Origin: Nitrososphaerota archaeon
GTDB taxonomy: Archaea > Thermoproteota > Nitrososphaeria > Nitrososphaerales > UBA213
Length of the DNA: 64,000 bases
Assembly (NCBI GenBank): GCA_002713325.1
Contig: PAWD01000021.1
Coordinates: 15,535-79,534 of the forward strand
Direction of reading: 5' to 3'
The notes under the pieces are model-generated. The model was not told the origin of the DNA and made no database searches. It worked only from the letters and a program-made list of their open reading frames with translations. A program made the position numbers and the translations under genes. Shown here piece after piece: positions 57,029-64,000 of the stretch (position 1 is the stretch's first letter; the number at the start of each line of letters is the position of its first letter).

Positions 57029-57637
57029 ATGGCTACTGACGACAGGGATCTGGCTAAAGAATACTTGGAAAAATACTCAAGTTTAAGTTCAATCATATCA
57101 CAGATATTACCAATCTTACTACTAGCACTTGTTGGAAGCTTGCTTACAGGCTTTCTGTTTTTAGAAATGAGGAATTCATTAGAGCTTCTACCGGGTCTGC
57201 TGGCTATGGTACCTGCAGTAATGGATACCAGAGGTGGAATTTATGGAGCTTTCGGTTCGAGGATAGCAACTGGTCTACATCTTGGTATTGTTGAACCTAG
57301 ATTTGTAATCAACAGAAATGTGAACAGAGCAATGGCAGCTGCACTGATCAACAGCACTGTGATCTCCATAATAATTGCAGTTATAGCGTATGGAGTGTTA
57401 CATGTACTTGGATTTGAAACAATACCCGTCTGGGCTCTAGTGGTGATCTCTCTACTCGCAGGAATGATCAGTGGTTTGATACTCATAGGTGTAATGATAG
57501 TGATAACCTTCAGAGGTTTCAGGAGAGGAATAGATCCAGATAATCTTGTAGGTCCTCTTGTAACAGTTACTGGAGATTTATTTAGTATTTTTGCTCTTCT
57601 ATTCACTGCAAAAATAATCTTGGTGATTATTACATGA
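57029..57637 (+). CDS. MgtE-like divalent-cation transporter, membrane domain only (paralogue 1)
   Basis: 202 aa, ~5 TM helices. Motifs PGLLAMVPAVMDTRGGIYGAFGSRIATGLHLG and DPDNLVGPLVTVTGD. Confidence 0.75.
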   Translation: MATDDRDLAKEYLEKYSSLSSIISQILPILLLALVGSLLTGFLFLEMRNSLELLPGLLAMVPAVMDTRGGIYGAFGSRIATGLHLGIVEPRFVINRNVNRAMAAALINSTVISIIIAVIAYGVLHVLGFETIPVWALVVISLLAGMISGLILIGVMIVITFRGFRRGIDPDNLVGPLVTVTGDLFSIFALLFTAKIILVIIT

Positions 57638-58206
57638 GTGAGCCTTCGAATACCATCTATTGGAGCCTTGGGAGCATGTTGAGAACAACAATGCCTATAC
57701 TGATTGGGATGGCAGTACTAGGTGTAGTATCTGGAACGATGTTACAATCGTTTGAAAAACAATTACTCATCTATCCATCAATACTTTTTCTAATTCCGGC
57801 GTTGATCGGCATAGGAGGAAATCTTGGTACCATCTTTGGTTCCAGATTTGCTACCGGTATACATCTAGGTATTCTTGAATTCAAATTTAGTAATCCGATA
57901 TTCAGGAATAATATAATAGCAATTCTAATAGTAAATATAATAATATTTCTAATACTGGGATTCATGAGTTACTTTATCATAAATTTAATTGGAATTGGTG
58001 TACTATCACTCACAAATGTGGTATTACTTTCATTTTTTGCCGGTTTAATTCTGACATCAGCTTTAATACCCACTGCAATATTCGTTGCTTATATAAGCTA
58101 CAGGAAGGGATTAGATCCTGATGATACTATAATTCCTACAGTTACTCCTACAGGTGACATAATTGGTATTCTAGCACTCTTAGCTGTGATCGTGTTATTA
58201 TTATAG
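57634..58206 (+). CDS. MgtE-like divalent-cation transporter, membrane domain only (paralogue 2)
   Basis: 190 aa. Same motifs (LIPALIGIGGNLGTIFGSRFATGIHLG, DPDDTIIPTVTPTGD). ATGA overlap with paralogue 1. Confidence 0.75.
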   Translation: MSEPSNTIYWSLGSMLRTTMPILIGMAVLGVVSGTMLQSFEKQLLIYPSILFLIPALIGIGGNLGTIFGSRFATGIHLGILEFKFSNPIFRNNIIAILIVNIIIFLILGFMSYFIINLIGIGVLSLTNVVLLSFFAGLILTSALIPTAIFVAYISYRKGLDPDDTIIPTVTPTGDIIGILALLAVIVLLL

Positions 58207-58213
58207 GTGTTTT

Positions 58214-59443
58214 GTGAATTATAATGCATTAGTTATGGGTATGAAAAAGTCAGGACGTCTGAAATATAAACCCGTGAATGTTAAGGAAATAATTGCGGAG
58301 ATACGTAACACTGCTGAACTTATGCTGGATCTAGCATATTCAAGTATACTATTCAAGGAAAAACATTTTGGCGAAGAGGTAATTGAACTGGAGAAGAAGA
58401 TCGATGAGATGATCTTCATGGGTAGAGTTTCTGTTATGTTGGCTGCCAGAGGAATAGAAGAAGTACAGAATCTGGCAAGTGTTCTACAGATAATAGACTC
58501 TTCTGCTCATATAAGCTATGGAGCGGTTGATCTAGCAAAGATAAATGTCTCAGATATTGGTATTCCTTCAGCATTTCTTCATACCTTCCATTTGATTGAG
58601 GAAACGTTGACAAGCTTGATAGTACCTGAGAAATCGAAGGCTGTAAAGATAAGCGTTCAGAAGATCGAGAATGTAACTGGTATGCGTATAATTGCTATTA
58701 AAACATCCACAGGAAAATGGACGATCAATCCTGTTGGTGATATAATAATATATGCTAACGACCGTCTGATTGCAAAGGGACCATTTGAAGCACTAGAGGA
58801 GTTTGAGGTCTTCTGTACAGGGAAACATGAAGCATTTCCTAGTTTGAGTGAATTGAATGAACCTAAAATTTTACGGCATATAAGAGAGACTTTGACAGAG
58901 ATGATGATGCTTTCTCTTCTATCAATAGATCTTGCATATTCTTCAGTGATATTCAACACCAAAGGTATAGCTGAAGAGGTTGCTGCTATAGAGGATAAAT
59001 TAGAAATTCTAAGAAGTGAATTGGAGGATCATATTTTGCGTTATGCAAAGATAGTGGAAAATGTGCTTGAGTTAAGGGGGTTGTTACGAATTGCTTCAGC
59101 ATCTGAAAAGATCTCTGATGCGAGTAAAGACATAGCGGATATTTTGCTTAGTGGAATTGGTCTACATCCTATATTACTTTACGCCATAAAAGAGAGCGAT
59201 GAAGTGATAACTAGAATAGAAATTGAAGAGGAGAGCCAATTAGACGGTAAGTCAATTGGAGAGTTAGATATCGAAGTAGAAACAGGTATGAATATTATTG
59301 CACTAAAGAAACCAAGGGCTGTAAAGTGGCAATTTTACCCAAAGGGAGATCATAAACTTGAAGCTGCTGACATAATAATTGCAAAGGGTTTGAAAGAAGG
59401 AGATAATAAACTACGCAAACTTGCTACAGGTAAAGATATGTAA
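58214..59443 (+). CDS. Cytoplasmic regulator with duplicated PhoU-like + TrkA-C (RCK_C) units
   Basis: 409 aa with an internal duplication (ELMLDLAYSSILFKEKHFGEEV.. / LLSIDLAYSSVIFNTKGIAEEV..), each unit followed by a TrkA-C-like beta domain. Lies 8 nt after the transporter pair. Confidence 0.65.
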   Translation: MNYNALVMGMKKSGRLKYKPVNVKEIIAEIRNTAELMLDLAYSSILFKEKHFGEEVIELEKKIDEMIFMGRVSVMLAARGIEEVQNLASVLQIIDSSAHISYGAVDLAKINVSDIGIPSAFLHTFHLIEETLTSLIVPEKSKAVKISVQKIENVTGMRIIAIKTSTGKWTINPVGDIIIYANDRLIAKGPFEALEEFEVFCTGKHEAFPSLSELNEPKILRHIRETLTEMMMLSLLSIDLAYSSVIFNTKGIAEEVAAIEDKLEILRSELEDHILRYAKIVENVLELRGLLRIASASEKISDASKDIADILLSGIGLHPILLYAIKESDEVITRIEIEEESQLDGKSIGELDIEVETGMNIIALKKPRAVKWQFYPKGDHKLEAADIIIAKGLKEGDNKLRKLATGKDM

Positions 59444-59467
59444 ATTAACAAGAGTAGATAATTTGTA

Positions 59468-60625
59468 TTGGTATTAAATGACATTGTAAGGAAAGTTGAG
59501 TGTAATTTCAATGAAATATTGCAGACAGCATCAAAAATGATAAAAATTCCAAGTAGAAATCCTCCAGGAGAAGAGAAGAGATGTGCTGAATACATACATT
59601 CAAAACTAAAAGAGCTTGGCTATGAAACTTATTTTGTAAACGAACCTTTCATAGATAGACCACAGGTTGTAGCATTACTCAAGGGTAAAAGCTCTGATAC
59701 TATTTTGTTAAATGGTCATATAGATACTGTTCCAGAAGGTGATGCAAATAGTTGGATAATGGATCCGTTTTCTGGTGAGATAAAAGATGGATTTCTTTAT
59801 GGAAGAGGAGCGGTTGACATGAAAAGTAGTTTATCAATAATGATGCATGTGGCAAAATTCGTGGAAACAAATGGAACTATATTACTTGCGTTTGCAGTTG
59901 GTGAAGAGAGGGCTGAACCAGGAACATCTACACTGTTATCTTGGATAAAGAAATTTAATCTTAAAATAAAGTATGGGTTAGTTATGGAACCTACTGGACT
60001 GCAAGTAGCTACACATCAAAGGGGAGCGGTTTGGTTAAAGATCAGGATCAAGGGAAGAGCTACTCATGCATCTACTCCAAATGAAGGAATTAATGCAATT
60101 GAGATTGCACATAATATTATGTATATAATTCAGGAATATAAAAAACAAATTACAAAGAAATCACATAAATTTACAGATACTCCGACTTGTAGTGTAACTA
60201 TGATAAATGCAGGTATAAAGGAAAATGTGATCCCTGATAGATGTGAAATTGTTTTGGATAGAAGATTGGTTCCGGGAGAGACAAAGAATGAAGTTACAAA
60301 AGAGTTAAGATTGTTATTTGATAAAAAGAAATTGAATTGTGAAATTACTCAACTAGGATCAAGGAAACCAGTAGAATTATCGAATAATTCTGTATTACCA
60401 AGAACTATACTTGACGTCATGGATCAGATGAACATACAAAGTAGTACAATATGTTTTACTGGAGCAACTGATAATGAGCATATATTTTCCAATAGTATAG
60501 AAAGTTTGGTTTGGGGACCAGGCGATCTTTCATTTGCTCATAGTGTAGACGAGCGAATAAGTATAAACGATATGAAAAATGCTGCTATAGCACTAGGACT
60601 TGTAGTGAATAAGTTACTTGAATAA
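59468..60625 (+). CDS. M20-family metallopeptidase/deacylase (ArgE/DapE/LysK-like)
   Basis: 385 aa, TTG start. Motifs LLNGHIDTVP, GRGAVDMKS, GEE, plus a dimerisation-domain insert. Confidence 0.8.
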   Translation: MVLNDIVRKVECNFNEILQTASKMIKIPSRNPPGEEKRCAEYIHSKLKELGYETYFVNEPFIDRPQVVALLKGKSSDTILLNGHIDTVPEGDANSWIMDPFSGEIKDGFLYGRGAVDMKSSLSIMMHVAKFVETNGTILLAFAVGEERAEPGTSTLLSWIKKFNLKIKYGLVMEPTGLQVATHQRGAVWLKIRIKGRATHASTPNEGINAIEIAHNIMYIIQEYKKQITKKSHKFTDTPTCSVTMINAGIKENVIPDRCEIVLDRRLVPGETKNEVTKELRLLFDKKKLNCEITQLGSRKPVELSNNSVLPRTILDVMDQMNIQSSTICFTGATDNEHIFSNSIESLVWGPGDLSFAHSVDERISINDMKNAAIALGLVVNKLLE

Positions 60626-60693
60626 GTATGATAGTTTTATGTAAAAACTAAGGTGAAGAAATGTCTTCCATGTGAATTTAATTAATATGACAC

Positions 60694-60906
60694 TTATGAC
60701 TGATCAATCTTCTCACAGTTTCTTGTAATACTTGTAAATATAATCCATGACACTCCAAAAATTACGGCTGTTATGAAATATCCAATACCGTCTTCGGAAA
60801 ATACCAGTATCTCTATCAACCCAATAATAACAAATGTTGTACTTATGGACCAAAGTATTGATTTTATTACTGAACGAGTACCGGTAGCTGCTTTCTGATT
60901 ATTCAT
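60694..60906 (-). CDS. Small membrane protein (2 TM)
   Basis: 70-aa ORF with two hydrophobic helices. Confidence 0.45.
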   Translation of the reverse strand: MNNQKAATGTRSVIKSILWSISTTFVIIGLIEILVFSEDGIGYFITAVIFGVSWIIFTSITRNCEKIDQS

Positions 60907-61429
60907 TTAATCACTATTATTATTTTCACCTTTTTTTATTTTTCGTTTTCCTGATCAATTTTGGTTTAGGTGAATATAACAGAATCAAATCTCCTAGTAA
61001 AATAAATACTTTCTCCTAGTTTAATCGAATAATTTATTTATCTAGATCAATCTCATATAATTATAGGTAGACTTTCTTACATACATGCATACGGTTTTTT
61101 GATTAATATTTCAAATTGATCAATATATCAAAACTTACAAACAAAATGACGAACATTGATAGATGAGATATTGGCACTTTAAGTATTAATGTAGTAAGAT
61201 ATACAAATAGTGTTTGACGAAGGCTTTCATGAAGTGTTATAGAGATATACATTGTATTAGATCAGAAACATCTATAGTGAATTTATCACCCATTTGTTTT
61301 CTAATTCTAGAACATGACATGCTTGTAAACTATACTGAATTCCTTAACGCATACATTCGAAATAACTGATCTATCATAGGATTTAGTAACTAATTATTTT
61401 TATACAAAAGAAGTATAATATACATAGAT

Positions 61430-63016
61430 ATGATGTATAAGATAGCATTCTTCTTAATAGTAATTTTAGTTATTCCTTTCATGTCTATAGGTGAAGGTGT
61501 AAGTGAATGGTCAGTTTTGGTTGATATGCCAACACCACGAACAGAAGTTACTGCATCTACAATAGGAAGTAGAATCTATGTAGTAGGTGGATTCGATGCA
61601 GTTGGAGATACTAGTAGTGTAATTGAGGTATATGATCCTAGAAGTAATACATGGTCTGAGGGAAAACAATTGCCTATCGCATTACATCATGCAGCAGCTA
61701 CATCTTATGAAGGTAAGCTATACATTGTAGGTGGTTACAGTGAAGGCTGGATACCATCCAGTACTTTATTTATTTATGATCCTCTTACAAACGAATGGAC
61801 TCGCAGCAGGGATATGTCAACACCTAGGGGCGCTTTGACATCACAGTTCATTAACGGTATACTTTATGCTGTAGGAGGTTGGAATATTGTTTCATTATCT
61901 GCCAACGAAGCATACGATCCTGTAACTAATACCTGGACTACAAAATCGTCTATGCCAACAACTAGGGAACATTTAGCATCAGGCGTGATTGATGGAAAAT
62001 TATATGTTATAGGTGGTAGACAGGGAAGCCTACAGACCAACCTGAATGTAAATGAGGAATACGATCCTGTAACTAATACCTGGACTACAAAATCGTCTAT
62101 GCCAACTAACCGTGGAGGAATAGTAGCATCATCTCTATACGAAAGCATCTATGTCTTTGGTGGAGAAACATCTACGGGAACGTTTTATGATAACGAGCAG
62201 TATATACCATCATTAGATATATGGTTAATTAGAGAAATGATGCCTACAGCCAGACATGGATTGGCTGCAGTAGAGGCTGGTGGTAGTATTTATGTTATAG
62301 GAGGTGGTATTAATCCAGGATTTTCTGTAAGTGGTAAAAACGAAGTGTTCACTCCAGTGGACTGGAAGAAGACAATAAACGTAAACATTATCCCATCTAT
62401 CAGTATAGAACCTAAAGAACCATTGACAGATGACAAGATCAAGATAACTGTTAGTTTTGATACAAACACATCTGGATATATTGTAAAATTCAACGAGCTT
62501 ATAATAACTAATAAGATACTTACTACAGATGTAATTGTAATACCACCACCAGCAAACATGTTGGTTGCACAAGTCAAAACACATCATAGTCACACATACA
62601 CACTAGAGAAACTTACTGTTGGGGACTACATGTTTTCTATATCTATAAACGATCAGAAAAATCACATTTCTGAAAGATTTAGAGTTGAAGTAAAGACGTT
62701 ATTCATTGATGTTTTACATGGTAGCATCAAGGAAGTCAATGTTGGTACACCAATTGTATTTCAACATGATATCAATAATGGTACGGATCTGAATCAAAGT
62801 TTTATACATATATTACAAATAATTGACGAAAACGGGATAACTATTTCCCTTACATGGTCAACTGGTGAACTAATGACCAATGAATCAAAGCATGTATCAA
62901 AGACATGGATAAACGACAATACCGGAAAGTATACACTTCAATTTTTTGTATGGGAAAGCATGGAAAATCCCAAGGTATTTGATTCCATGCATGAAATCAT
63001 AATAAACATGATGTGA
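61430..63016 (+). CDS. Secreted six-bladed Kelch-repeat protein with Ig-like region and the shared C-terminal module
   Basis: Signal sequence. Six blades (..IYVVGGFD, LYIVGGYS, LYAVGGWN, LYVIGGRQ, IYVFGGET, IYVIGGGI). The C-terminal 102 aa (62708..63013) align with the C-termini of the 28241 and 43963 proteins. Confidence 0.8.
   Translation: MMYKIAFFLIVILVIPFMSIGEGVSEWSVLVDMPTPRTEVTASTIGSRIYVVGGFDAVGDTSSVIEVYDPRSNTWSEGKQLPIALHHAAATSYEGKLYIVGGYSEGWIPSSTLFIYDPLTNEWTRSRDMSTPRGALTSQFINGILYAVGGWNIVSLSANEAYDPVTNTWTTKSSMPTTREHLASGVIDGKLYVIGGRQGSLQTNLNVNEEYDPVTNTWTTKSSMPTNRGGIVASSLYESIYVFGGETSTGTFYDNEQYIPSLDIWLIREMMPTARHGLAAVEAGGSIYVIGGGINPGFSVSGKNEVFTPVDWKKTINVNIIPSISIEPKEPLTDDKIKITVSFDTNTSGYIVKFNELIITNKILTTDVIVIPPPANMLVAQVKTHHSHTYTLEKLTVGDYMFSISINDQKNHISERFRVEVKTLFIDVLHGSIKEVNVGTPIVFQHDINNGTDLNQSFIHILQIIDENGITISLTWSTGELMTNESKHVSKTWINDNTGKYTLQFFVWESMENPKVFDSMHEIIINMM
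61912..62106 (+). repeat. 48-bp perfect direct repeat (61912-61959 and 62059-62106) inside the Kelch gene
   Basis: Both copies read ATACGATCCTGTAACTAATACCTGGACTACAAAATCGTCTATGCCAAC (YDPVTNTWTTKSSMPT). They lie 147 bp apart, which equals one blade. Confidence 0.95.
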
Positions 63017-63238
63017 CAGAATCATTCATTTAGAATATTTGTATAAAATATTCAATGAAAAGAGTAACGGTTATGGGAAAATAGAAAAACAAGATTAGGT
63101 GTAAAGTTATTGCTCTAGAGGATCACATTTTATCTATGATTTCAGGATTTATTATGATAATACATTATTTAGTAATAATTATTATCATTTATTTTAACGC
63201 AATCTATTTAAAATCCTATTACTGCAGAAGATGAAACA

Positions 63239-63463
63239 ATGTCTGAAGATAGAAGCGCTATTTATAAAATACGATGGGAGATACTTATTATGGCTGTAGC
63301 ATTAGTGCTTTCCGCCTTAGTGGTACTGGCAATCCCAAGCGATTTTTCACAAAGATTGGTCGAACAGCGGACAGAAGAAGAATCAAAGAATAAGACAGCC
63401 GAATTGGAGGAACAGGTTGATTTCAATGAAAGTGAGAGTACCAGGGTTGTTACAAAACCATGA
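63239..63463 (+). CDS. Small single-TM protein with acidic tail
   Basis: 74-aa ORF. TM helix ILIMAVALVLSALVVLAI. Confidence 0.45.
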   Translation: MSEDRSAIYKIRWEILIMAVALVLSALVVLAIPSDFSQRLVEQRTEEESKNKTAELEEQVDFNESESTRVVTKP

Positions 63464-63958
63464 TCAATTAACTCTTATCTTGAACGCATAGTTAACATCA
63501 CCTAGATCTTGCCATATTGCTTGCAAGTGTAGTATGTATACACCCTTTTGTAGGTCAATCTTATACATATTATTTCCTTCACTCAGAAGCTCTCCCATTT
63601 GCATGGGATTATCAAAGGTATCAATTACAAATACACGTGTATTAACAACAGTCGGTCTGATCCTACTATTCATAAGTAATTCTAATAAAGATCCTTCTGT
63701 GACATCAATCATTCCCATAGGTTCTTGAAATTCTACATCAACGCATTTATCTGCCCAACAATAACTTTCACGTATACCAGAATAAACTCCATTTTCATAT
63801 ACAAGCCAAATCGTTGGAGTTGTCGGGTCTTCTGACGGAGACATGTCAAAGTATCCTTGACCAATAATGAACCAAAATACCGTCACAATACCAGCCAGCA
63901 AAAGCATTACTACCTTGGTAGGAAATCCTTCCTTTCTTGCGTAAACGTCTTCAGACAC
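63464..63958 (-). CDS. N-terminally anchored hypothetical protein
   Basis: 164 aa, GTG start. TM helix VVMLLLAGIVTVFWFII followed by a beta-rich ectodomain with two Cys. Confidence 0.55.
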   Translation of the reverse strand: MSEDVYARKEGFPTKVVMLLLAGIVTVFWFIIGQGYFDMSPSEDPTTPTIWLVYENGVYSGIRESYCWADKCVDVEFQEPMGMIDVTEGSLLELLMNSRIRPTVVNTRVFVIDTFDNPMQMGELLSEGNNMYKIDLQKGVYILHLQAIWQDLGDVNYAFKIRVN

Positions 63959-64000
63959 AGTTTAATTTGTGAAACTGTATTCTCTAAAACCTTCCGTTAC

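Overview
AT-rich, densely packed archaeal chromosome segment with about 65 protein genes and 5 tRNA genes. I saw no rRNA, CRISPR array, transposase or integrase. The gene content points to an ammonia-oxidising thaumarchaeon, probably Nitrosopumilales-like (inference). Supporting genes are archaeal-type ammonia monooxygenase amoB (19405-19962, -) and amoC-amoX-amoA (20237-22045, +), a Rieske/cytochrome b/plastocyanin module (40797-43875), eL38, KEOPS Kae1/Bud32, PurP, archaeosine TGT, Taw1 and GatCAB. The left third carries sulfite reductase, rhodanese, PGI/PMI, PurP and a translationally coupled alaX-aspS-gatCAB unit. The middle carries the AMO cluster, bracketed by intron-bearing tRNA genes, followed by a ~20-kb cell-envelope island. 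That island holds two PEF-CTERM-type proteins, a 1,934-aa probable S-layer protein (TTG start, preceded by a perfect 22-bp x3.3 tandem repeat), a coiled-coil anchored protein and a 1,493-aa membrane-anchored subtilase. The right third carries Ogg, RNA/tRNA-modification and ribosome-associated genes, a split MgtE-like transporter with a PhoU/TrkA-C partner, and a secreted Kelch protein. Four observations stand out. (i) A ~100-aa C-terminal module is shared by three otherwise unrelated secreted proteins, and a truncated fourth copy abuts tRNA-Arg. (ii) Small membrane-protein genes next to amoB and amoA are candidates for extra AMO subunits. (iii) All five tRNA genes are interrupted, mostly at non-canonical positions; one is interrupted twice, and one carries a 52-nt insert flanked by a 10-nt direct repeat. 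(iv) The Ogg gene has no in-frame start codon, and one small ORF is split over two frames. All functional calls rest on motif recognition by eye; no database search was possible.
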